NCBI GenBank assembly: GCA_965202585.1
Contig: OZ241826.1
Coordinates: 93,124,001 to 93,188,000 of the forward strand
Length of the DNA: 64,000 nucleotides
Direction of reading: 5' to 3'
Source of the DNA: Thalia democratica
Lineage: Eukaryota
Part shown: positions 49,601-58,800 of the stretch, one piece after another
Layout: every line of letters begins with the position of its first letter
Numbering within the stretch: the first letter of the stretch is position 1
Notes under the pieces: generated by a model
What the model saw: the letters and a program-made list of their open reading frames with translations, nothing else
What the model was told of the DNA's origin: nothing
The model's database searches: none
Program-made: the position numbers and the translations under genes

Positions 49601-52600
49601 AAAATCTCGATTTTTTGCTTACAGGTTAAATAAATATGTTATTATTTTAAACTTTTAAAAAGCTAAATTTAAATAATTAGATCTTTCAAATCTTAATTTA
49701 ACTCAGACTTAAATTTAATTAATTGTTTTTGAAGTTACTAAATTCTTTTTATATTGTTAATTTCAAACATTTTTAAGTATGCAAAAATTTTGATAATATT
49801 TGCCTAGCATACTTTTAAACTCATAAAAGAACTAAAACTTAAACCATATTGTTTAAACAGCTTAAAAACTTACAATCGTTTTTAGCCTTGCTGTCTTTAG
49901 ATTGGAAAATATCCTCTACCATTTGTTTGGCTAAAACTTGAGCGACTAAAATAGAAAATACAATTAAAAAACATAAAAATTTTAGTGTAAATAAACAGCT
50001 AGTATTGCGACTAAAATCAGATAAGTTAAACATAAACTGCTGAGTTTTAATAATTTTTTCACTGTAGAAGTACTTTATAACTAACAATCTTTTTGTTCTT
50101 TATCTCCGAGTATGGCATGGCCGAGTCCTCTTACAGCACCAATTGCGTGATGAGCAACTCCAGCTACTCCTCTGATAGCGTGGTGAATAAGTCCGAAGAG
50201 AACTAATTATTAAATATTTAGTCAAGAAATAAAATAAACTCAAAACAATTTAGGTATTAACATAAGAAAAAAAAATACTTTATTTAAAAAACATAATAAC
50301 TAAATTATGAAACAAGTTTATTAAAAACTAACAATCTCTGTTTTCTTTGTTGTCTTCCATATTTGCCTGTTTAAGAAGTTCATCTGTCATTTCTTTAGCC
50401 AATTTGTTGCCTGTTTTAAACTTAATTTAATTTTTGTGCTAACAAAAAGTGCATATCTTAAAAATGAATTAGTATTTTTTACTTTTTCAGCCAGAGAAAA
50501 AAATATCCTAAGATTTTTGATAAAATATTAAATATATAAGAATAAGTATATCTATTTTGATGTAAATTTTAGTTTTCAAGAGCAAGTATCTTAATTTGTG
50601 TCTTTAACTGCACTTGTTGCATAGGAAACTCATAATACTTCGAATAAACTACTCAAGAAAATGTATAATCTATTCGTAAGTATAAGATCTATTCATGAGG
50701 CATGATGTCTTGAACTACTCTAATGATAGATTTTTAAATATAAACATTTTTACTGAGTTTTCAAATTAAAATTTGTTATAGCTTACTTTCTTCATCTCCG
50801 AGTATGGCATGACCGAGTCCTCTAACAGCACCGATTGCGTGATGAGCAACTCCAGCTACTCCTCTGATAGCGTGGTGAATAATTCCAAAGATGACTAATC
50901 ATTTTATGTTTTTTATAACCACTTATGGCTAAAAATTATGTTTTTAATGAATAAAACAACACTCAAATTTTTTTCATTCCAATATTTTTCGTCAAATTCT
51001 CTTCAGGGAAACTACAATTGAAACAATAAAATAAAACACAACAAGTATTTATACAAAATAATGTTTTTTACAAACTAATTAACTGATCAATTAAGTAAAC
51101 ATAAATGTAATCAACGAAAATGTAATCAACAAAGCTTTAAAAATCAACACAAAATGGTCTTAACTAAATAAGGCTAGGGTGTAATCAAATTTTTTCTTTT
51201 TGCATAAATTTGGTTTTTTTAAATGTATTAAAATGGCTTCAAGTCTAATTAATTCCAATGTATTTGAACATTGTCGCATTACACTGAAATTAGATAATGC
51301 AAACTTTTTTCCACAACTTGGATTATTCACAAGGTGTTCTGCTATCGCAGATTTTTTTTATTGCATTTTTGACTGCAATACTCTTTTCGTCTTTTTCGTC
51401 TTTGATATATGAAGTGATACACTTGGGAACATAATCCTTTATTCTAGTTGTGAGGTATGTTCCCAAGTGTATCACTTCATATATTAAAGACGAAAAAGAC
51501 GAAAAGAGTATTGCAGTCAAAAATGCAGTAAAAAAATCTGCGATAGCAGAACACCTTGTGAATAATCCAAGTTGTGGAAAAAAGTTTGCATTATCTAATT
51601 TCAGTGTAATGCGACAATGTTCAAATACATTGGAATTAATTAGATTTGAAGCCATTTTAATACATTTAAAAAAACCAAATTTATGCAAAAAGAAAAAATT
51701 TGATTACACCCTAGCCTTATTTAGTTAAGACCATTTTGTGTTGATTTTTAAAGCTTTGTTGATTACATTTTCATTAATTACATTTATGTTTACTTAATTG
51801 ATCAGTTAATTAGTTTGTAAAAAACATTATTTTGTATATATACTTGTTGTGTTTTATTTTATTGTTTCAATTGTAGTTTCCCAGAAGAGAATTTGACGAA
51901 ATATATATTTGAATGAAAAAAATTTGAGTGTTCTTTTATTCATTAAAAAGTTATAAAATAAAGTCTGATGTTTAAATTATTAAAAATTATATTATTTTGA
52001 ATCTATGAACTAAATAGCGCAATTAACACTAATTAAATTTTTCTAAATGCACAACAAGTTGTAAAAGAAGAAGTGAAATTGAGTGGTTTAAAATGTTTGT
52101 TAAACTAACAATCTTTCTGTTGTTCGTCACCAAGTATGGCATGACCGAGTCCTCTAACAGCACCAATTGCGTGATGAGCAACTCCAGCTACTCCTCTGAT
52201 GGCATGGTGAATAATTCCGAAGATGACTGAAATTAAAAATAACACACTCTCGTAATTAACCCGTCAAATGAATTATAATAAAATAAATAGTGTACACTCT
52301 TTTAAATATTTGTTATAAGTTAGGGTTTGAAAACGTACAATTCTCAGGCTGGCTCGCCAATAGAAATATCAGGCTTGCCTGGTATTTATAAGTTTAAAAT
52401 GACAGGTGCATAATATTTAAAATTGAGCTTTTTGATAAGACTCTGTTTGAAAATGATTTTATACATTATTATTACTTAGCAGTTCTTGTAAAAATATGTT
52501 TCTAATTATAGTTTTAAATTTCAAGTTGTTTTTGAACTTTTTAGAGTTTTTTAACATATACACGGCCTGATAAGATTTAAAATCTGGTAAAGATTTTTTG

Positions 52601-55600
52601 GTAAAACATTTTTTTAAATTGATGCCTGCATACTTAAACATTTGCTTGTTCCTACATTAAATTTTAAACTTCACGCAGTTTTTAGATTTCATCTGTTCTA
52701 AGTTCAAAAAGATAAGCTTCAAATTTATATTTATAGTAAATACAAAACTGAAACCGTCAATAAAAAGCATTAACCGTAAACCAAATTTATCTAGCTTAAT
52801 TTTAGATTAACCAAAAAATCAGATATTATCAATTTGTTAATAAACTCACAGTCTCTGTTGTTGTCATTTACTTCAAGTCCATCTTTTACAAGCTCGTCCA
52901 TAACTTTGTTTGCCATATCATTAACTGTTTTAAATGGTTTAATTAATAAATGTTAATTTAAATTTAGTTATTGTAAAACAAAATATTTTTGTTTTGTATA
53001 TGAGTTTGATAGTGTAAAGGTGTTTACAAATTTTTTTATAATATATAGACTTAAACCTATTTAAATAATTGAAAAGCTATTTTACCTACTTAAATACCTT
53101 AGTCTTAAAATAAAATCTCAAGTTTAGGGCAATTAAGTGTTTGAACCAGTATAGGCTTCTAGTAAAACAAAAATTGAAAGACTAAAGTTTATTCTCTCAC
53201 ATATGTCTAAAAGATAATTATAAAGAACTTGTTAAAAAAATCACATTTTGTTACGTAGTTATATATGATATTAACTTAAGGATTTTAAGAAGTAACTACA
53301 AAATTCTTCTTGCTTAACTTACTATCTTCATCACCAAGTATGGCATGACCAAGTCCTCTAACAGCACCAATTGCGTGATGAGCAACTCCAGCTACTCCTC
53401 TGATAGCGTGGTGAATAAGTCCAAAGATAACTAAATTTAAATTAAAGTTTATATTATTTTAAAATAAAACATTCAACTTAGAGATTATGTATATCAGAGA
53501 ATAAACTTATCACAGTCTAATAAATGCTGACTTCATTATAAATTGATATTTATTTAACTACGAAATGCTTTACTTACAGTAGTTTTCAAATACTTTAAAC
53601 ACGAAAAAAAAAATGTATATGCCTATCATTTTATTTAAGTTTATTATCGCAGTAAAACTTTATATATAGTTTTAAAACTTACAATCGTTTTTAACTTTGC
53701 TGTCTTTAGCTTGGCGAATGTCCTCTACCATTTGTTTAGCCAAAACTTGAGCGACTAAAAAACATATTTATTTCAAACAGATAATCAAAAATAAAATTTT
53801 TCAATTAAAAGTTTGTGTCATAACTAAAATCAGATTAGTTGAGCAAAATTACCGAGTTTTTATCATTAATAACTATAAACTATTGTATAACTAACAATCT
53901 TTTTGTTCTTTATCTCCAAGTATGGCATGACCGAGTCCTCTAACAGCACCAATTGCGTGATGAGCAACTCCAGCTACTCCTCTGATAGCGTGGTGAATAA
54001 TTCCAAAGATAACTGTTTATTAAATATTTAGTCAAGAAATAAACTAAATCCAAAATGGTTAAGGTATTGACATATTAATAAAAAAACAACTTTGTACTTC
54101 GAAAAAATCAGTAGTTATGTTATAAAATAAATCAAATACTAACAATCTCTGTTTTCTTTGTTGTCTTCCATATTTGTTTGTTTAAGAAGTTCATCTGTCA
54201 TTTCATTAGCCAATTTGTTGCCTGTTTTAAACGTAGTTTTAATTTGTGTGCTAACAAAATTATACATATTTTAAAGTTGGATAAGCATTTTATGTCTGTT
54301 AATCTAACTAAATCAAATATTAGTAGCTATTTAGCAAAAAAAAAAGTTTTTTGATAAGGAATTATGAATAAAAAAATAATCTTATTTTTGTGTCTTTAAT
54401 AATAAACTTTGTATTAGAAACTAACATTTTTTGTAATAATCTACTAAACTAAAAATTCAATTTATATTTAAGTGTAAACTCTGCATTAAAGCTATCACTA
54501 ATTAAACATTTATGAAGTTTTACATTCAAATAAAAATATTTTTTTATTATTGTATTAACTTATAGTTTGTTATTATGAATTTACTTACTTTCTTCATCTC
54601 CAAGTATGGCATGACCAAGTCCTCTAACAGCACCGATTGCGTGATGAGCAACTCCAGCTACTCCTCTGATAGCGTGGTGAATAATTCCGAAGAGAACTGT
54701 TTATTTTCGTTAAATTTTAAAAACCGATATAATTTTAAAGTTTTTTATTCAAATAGAACTTAATACTGTTTACTAGATGATTTTATAAAAAAATATATAA
54801 ATTTAATGATAGTATTAACTAAACTGATAAGCTGTTTTAACTGATATAATCTATGAACTTTGCTTTAGTTTTTATCTTTTTTGAAGCTAAAATTATATTA
54901 TCATCCTGCAAAACTTGTTAAGGTTTTTTTTTATATGTCAACAAACGGTTGTCAACAAAAAATTAAATCTTAGACTATAAAGATTGTTAACTTTGTATTA
55001 CGTTTAACTTACTTAATTTAATTTTTTGTTAACTGAATATAAACATATTTGAAAGTATTAATAGTATTTTTATTAATTAAAACTAACAGTCTTTGTTTTC
55101 TTTTGTGTTTCCGTCTTTGATTAAATCGTTTGCCATCATTTTTGCAACTTTAAATAATGTTTAGTTTTAAATGCTTTATTTATTTACTTTTAAGTAAACT
55201 ATAAAAAAAAAAAGAATATTTTTGATAAAAGGTAAACTTTTTATCGACGTTTTACTATTTTAATACAATTCTTATAACTAGTTTGATTTATAAGTGCGTA
55301 TAAAGCAAGTATCTTCGATATAAAAAAAAAAGATTTTATCCCAGTTAAAACTTTGTTTATATATTTCAAACTGAAATAAATCTAATAAAATTTTGATACT
55401 ATGTATACTATCAATTTTATTTTTAGTTTTATTTAAAAAGAGGTAAAAATTTGTAACGTAAACTTTTTCTTCAATTTTAAGCAAATTATTAAAAATTTCT
55501 AACCATCAGCGCTGTCCATAGACTTAACTGTAAAATTAATTTATTTAAATCTTTAATATAAAAATAAATACCCAATTAATGGTAGGAAAGTAATCAGAAA

Positions 55601-55756
55601 TTTAGTTGTTACTAAAAACTAAACACTAAAACTGTAGTCGTATCCTTATTAGTAGTAAAAACTTTTAAATCGTTATATATAATCAAACAAACCAGCTTTA
55701 GACATTGAAGTTGCTACAAAAGCAAAAGAAAGAGCGACAACCAAACAGAACTTCAT
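46604..55756 (-). CDS. Multi-exon secreted polyprotein precursor of eight His-rich amphipathic (clavanin-like, putative antimicrobial) peptides and three Tyr/Gly/His-rich peptides
   Basis: Twenty exons, all with AG/GT boundaries and all introns phase 1, join into one open frame of about 572 aa starting MKFCLVVALSFAFVATSMSKA. Differences among repeated exons are almost all synonymous in this frame. The exact 3' end (GGT TAG at 46604 versus a further spliced exon) is uncertain. Confidence 0.88.
47042..47116 (-). CDS. Polyprotein exon 19: (D)YYYGYGYGHPYYHHHYYG-DNNNND
   Basis: 75 nt, acceptor ATAATCAG, donor GTTTAT, phase 1-1. Confidence 0.8.
47561..47632 (-). CDS. Polyprotein exon 18: (Y)YYGYGYGHPYYHHHYYG-DNNNND
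   Basis: 72 nt, acceptor AATTCAG, donor GTTTGT, phase 1-1. Confidence 0.8.
48251..48262 (-). CDS. Polyprotein exon 17: putative 12-nt microexon (S)EGD
   Basis: TATTAG-CTGAGGGAGACT-GTTAAA, identical 12-mer in copy A (28530-28541). The upstream intron would be only 35 nt. Confidence 0.45.
48298..48414 (-). CDS. Polyprotein exon 16: peptide 8 (F)FFGLIHHAIRGVAGVAHHAIGAVRGIGHAILG-DEQQKD
   Basis: 117 nt, acceptor TTTTTCAG, donor GTGAGT. Confidence 0.88.
48497..48716. mobile_element. MITE with TIRs and GGGTTAGGG core, intronic (paralog of 28798-29004)
   Basis: AATTCACCCGCGTTTAAAATCCACCCAAT versus TTGGGTGGGTTTTGAACGCAGGTGGATTTTGATAGAATACC. Confidence 0.7.
48933..49007 (-). CDS. Polyprotein exon 15: spacer (I)NDMANKVMDQLVKDGLKVNDNNRD
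   Basis: 75 nt, acceptor AAAACAG, donor GTGAGT. Confidence 0.85.
49409..49516 (-). CDS. Polyprotein exon 14: peptide 7 (F)IFGLIHHAIRGVAGVAHHAIGAVRGLGHAILG-DEE
   Basis: 108 nt, acceptor AATTTAG, donor GTAAGT. Confidence 0.88.
49874..49945 (-). CDS. Polyprotein exon 13: spacer (F)AQVLAKQMVEDIFQSKDSKAKND
   Basis: 72 nt, acceptor ATTTTAG, donor GTAAGT. Confidence 0.85.
50086..50202 (-). CDS. Polyprotein exon 12: peptide 6 (F)LFGLIHHAIRGVAGVAHHAIGAVRGLGHAILG-DKEQKD
   Basis: 117 nt, acceptor TAATTAG, donor GTTAGT. Confidence 0.88.
50333..50410 (-). CDS. Polyprotein exon 11: spacer (S)NKLAKEMTDELLKQANMEDNKENRD
   Basis: 78 nt, acceptor AAAACAG, donor GTTAGT. Confidence 0.85.
50787..50894 (-). CDS. 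Polyprotein exon 10: peptide 5 (F)IFGIIHHAIRGVAGVAHHAIGAVRGLGHAILG-DEE
   Basis: 108 nt, acceptor TGATTAG, donor GTAAGC. Confidence 0.88.
50941..51949. mobile_element. Penelope-like retroelement 3' fragment as a ~1-kb inverted repeat (GIY-YIG C-terminus plus hammerhead-like motif)
   Basis: Arms 50941-51433 and 51456-51949 with a 22-nt spacer. Translation LTTRIKDYVPKC...SAIAEHLVNNPSC...NFSVM...ELIRLEAILIHLKKPNLC resembles the C-terminal part of the Penelope GIY-YIG endonuclease. Confidence 0.75.
52110..52226 (-). CDS. Polyprotein exon 9: peptide 4 (F)IFGIIHHAIRGVAGVAHHAIGAVRGLGHAILG-DEQQKD
   Basis: 117 nt, acceptor ATTTCAG, donor GTTAGT. Confidence 0.88.
52850..52924 (-). CDS. Polyprotein exon 8: spacer (I)NDMANKVMDELVKDGLEVNDNNRD
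   Basis: 75 nt, acceptor AAAACAG, donor GTGAGT. Confidence 0.85.
53323..53430 (-). CDS. Polyprotein exon 7: peptide 3 (F)IFGLIHHAIRGVAGVAHHAIGAVRGLGHAILG-DED
   Basis: 108 nt, acceptor AATTTAG, donor GTAAGT. Confidence 0.88.
53683..53754 (-). CDS. Polyprotein exon 6: spacer (F)AQVLAKQMVEDIRQAKDSKVKND
   Basis: 72 nt, acceptor TTTTTAG, donor GTAAGT. Confidence 0.85.
53896..54012 (-). CDS. Polyprotein exon 5: peptide 2 (F)IFGIIHHAIRGVAGVAHHAIGAVRGLGHAILG-DKEQKD
   Basis: 117 nt, acceptor TAAACAG, donor GTTAGT. Confidence 0.88.
54144..54221 (-). CDS. Polyprotein exon 4: spacer (S)NKLANEMTDELLKQTNMEDNKENRD
   Basis: 78 nt, acceptor AAAACAG, donor GTTAGT. Confidence 0.85.
54589..54696 (-). CDS. 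Polyprotein exon 3: peptide 1 (F)LFGIIHHAIRGVAGVAHHAIGAVRGLGHAILG-DEE
   Basis: 108 nt, acceptor TAAACAG, donor GTAAGT. Confidence 0.88.
55088..55147 (-). CDS. Polyprotein exon 2: pro-region (V)AKMMANDLIKDGNTKENKD
   Basis: 60 nt, acceptor TTAAAG, donor GTTAGT. Resembles the spacer exons. Confidence 0.8.
55693..55756 (-). CDS. Polyprotein exon 1: signal peptide MKFCLVVALSFAFVATSMSKA
   Basis: ATG at 55756, basic-hydrophobic-small residue pattern, donor GTTTGT, phase 1. Confidence 0.82.
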
Positions 55757-55815
55757 AATTGTTTCAGTTGATAAATAAATATAAATATCAGATAATATGA
55801 AAGATAATTGAAGGT

Positions 55816-55822
55816 TTTTATA
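55816..55822 (-). promoter_or_regulatory. Candidate TATA box of the polyprotein gene
   Basis: TATAAAA about 60 nt upstream of the ATG. Weak evidence in AT-rich DNA. Confidence 0.35.
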
Positions 55823-58800
55823 AAAAGCTTTTAAAGCGTAGGTGCTAAAAATTGAGTGGTTTAATCAAAACAAAGGAAATCACGTAGGACCAGACTTTTA
55901 ATTAAAAAAAGCAATAATATTTCTAGACTAATAAAGTGTTTTTCCAAACTTGGAACTTAACTAATTAAAGAATAAAATATTTCACGAGAAGTTACAAATA
56001 TTCAAAAGCAACTAATTATGATAAACTATATATAATAAACTAAAAAATTTTTTTAAGTTTTTTTAATTTTTGCTAAAAAATGATTTTTTAGCTACAATAC
56101 AACAACTATCAAATTAATTGTTAGCCATAAATTTTTGTAGGCTTACTTGTTCTAGTAACAATTAGCATATCAACACAATCAAATTGTTTAAGCAATTGAT
56201 TGGTTTTTCGTGTTTTACATCTTTATTTAGTTTACTTGGAACTCGTTCTAAATAATTTACAAAAAAAAGTGAAAAAAAAAAGTCCAGTTTCAAGACTTCT
56301 TAAAACAATAATACAACAATTAAAAAAGTAAATGAATTGTAAATCTCTATTAACAATTAAATTTATTTACGGCCGTTAATAGACTAAATTGATTTGTTTT
56401 TGGTAAAATTAAAAAAAAACATTAAGTGATAAAAAATTATTCGAATCTACAAATTCCAACTTACAGTGTTTTTTTTTAATTATAATAACTAAAATACTAA
56501 CTATTAAAACTAGTTTAAGTAAATGAATTGTTTAAACATTTAGATTTTCTCAACTGAAGTTGTTTCATTATAAACTTTTAATCCAGATAAAAAAATGTAT
56601 AAACTTACACATAAGTTGTTTCTAGCTTGAAGTTCTCTTTTTAACTAACAAAGTTTATAAAGTGTAAAACCGTTGTTAACAACAAAAATTAATTATTTTA
56701 AAACCTTCTAATACACTTTTTAACTTCATAAAGGTACAAAAGGTATAATTTCAATAGACATTTTAATTTAATTGTGACATTTTAGCATTAATGCACATTA
56801 GATTTCAAAACTCTTGTATTGTTCGCCAAAAGTTGGTGTTGTTATTATTTTTGCTGTAAATACATGATATGTGAAGTCGTTAGCAACAATATGATATAGC
56901 GTATAAAAAGTATTATTACTTATACATACACCTTAATAAAAAACTTATGTTATGATTCTGTTTATTCTCAACAGTTACTTGCGTCTTTTCAGAAAACGTT
57001 GTTTTGTTACAAATTTAGTGTCATTGTTTCTTTAAATAAAGATTTTTTTGTCAATGAAAAGCGACTGTTGATCGCTAATATATAACTAATTTAGTAAAAC
57101 TGTAAACTATACTATAATCTAAGTTTCTTACTTTTGATATTTAATTTGATGATTGTTAAGCTACTAATTTGCAAATTTATAAAAGTTTTTAAAAATTCAC
57201 TATTTAGAATTTAATTGATTTATTCTTTTGTAGCTATAAAACTTGTTAAAAATTTATAAATTACAGAAAGTTTATATTTAAAGAAAACTTAAATAAAACT
57301 TTTATATGAAACTTCTATTTAAACAAGCAAATAATTTATCTTACTTGTTGCTTATTTTAAAATACTTCTAGTATTAAACCATGTAAGCCTGTTAAGCATT
57401 GGGTTATATTTCATAATTGCAAACAAAAAAAAGTACAATTTTTCTTAGCATTTAGACTGTTGTATACAAACATTTAAAACTTTTAAAATAGTAACACTTT
57501 TTAAATATCACTTTTTCTTTAACTTTTTTTAACTTCACTTTATATTATTTACAGTAATGTGCTTATTAGCTAGTTAGTTGTTATGCTATATTTTGAAATT
57601 TCATAAGTCATAGCTCATTAAAATATTGAGTTGTTATAAGTTCTTATGTACCCTTTTTTAAAACTTAACTTATAATTTTTTATTATGTTGTCTACATAAA
57701 AGATAATGATTATCAACAATCTTATTTTATTGATTTTCAAAAGTTGAAGGCAAAACGTAAGCTAAAATTTTTATTAAAGTTTTCAGCACCTTTTATGTTT
57801 ATTCTATTATCTTAGCATAGTAAGTGTATACGATAAAAAGCCTTTAAACTCCTAAACTAATTAAAGTTTTAAAATGGTACAATAAAAGCGATTGATAAGT
57901 ATACCTGTTATTCTAAAAACTCGGTTATAAACTTAAGTAAAGAAACTGATTTGAATCGTGTTTAGAAAAAAATAAGGAGCAAATACATAATTGTAAGGTG
58001 TTTTTAATAAAATTTGTGTGTTATCTGGTATGAATAAATATGTTATTAACTTACTTTGTTCTAAACTTTTATACCATGTTCTAAATTAGAAATTTAAATT
58101 AAAGCAAAATGATAGCTTGATTTTATAAGCTGCTGTTTCGAATTCATGTATTTAGTTGACATTTAAAAGTAGTACTGCTGTTTTTGTTTTTTACTTTAGA
58201 AAATTTTCAATATTTATAAAGTAACTGAAAAAGTACATGCATGCAGTTCAAAGGTTTTTATATATGGACATAAGTCATAAACAAACTTATATACAAATTA
58301 GTTTAATGCTTTCTGAACGCTTGTTTAAACAAAAAACTATTTAAAAAATCTTATAGTATATAAATTTAACATTTACACTTTATAAATTGTTATAATAAAG
58401 ACGGTAGCTTTTTAATATTAGACATTTAGATTTAAATTTGTTAGTAGGAGGTAAACAGTTAGTGCTACTAGTTGTCACATAAAAGTTAAGAATAAGTCAT
58501 TGTGTACAAAACAGTAGTATTTTCAACCATTTGTGTTCAGCGTTTAACAGCAATAGTTAGAATATATCTCGATTGTTTTGTAAATACTTGTTTAATACTC
58601 GTGTAAGAACATATTTAATTAACTTTTTTTTTGTTTTAGGTATACAGTGTCAATTTTATAGTATCAGCTGCAAAAATGTACTTTAGGGTAATATGTAACA
58701 ACTAAGTTAGTTATTCTAAACTTAATTTAAAAACGTCCGATTAAAAAAAAAACTGTTAAGTTAGTTTTTGAATAAATAAAACGTATTTAATAGCATTAGT

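Larger units (their letters stand above)
40860..50425 (+). repeat. Segmental duplication, copy B
   Basis: Colinear with 21070-31262. Confidence 0.9.

Noticed and set aside
51200-51728. Host genes at 51200-51412, 51323-51688 and 51450-51728
   Set aside because: All are pieces of the Penelope-like inverted repeat.
28589-54763. Plus-strand ORFs over the peptide exons (28589-28771, 48941-49132, 54575-54763) and the Tyr exons (26778-27038, 46579-46839)
   Set aside because: Antisense shadows. Splice signals and synonymous variation support only the minus-strand frame.
8324-55484. Remaining 60-130-aa F/L/I/K-rich ORFs (e.g. 8324, 13578, 17424, 18462, 19946, 23291, 25078, 31910, 32830, 34288, 39627, 39928, 52459, 55278)
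   Set aside because: Composition expected by chance in AT-rich DNA. Frames are not preserved in paralogous segments where these exist.
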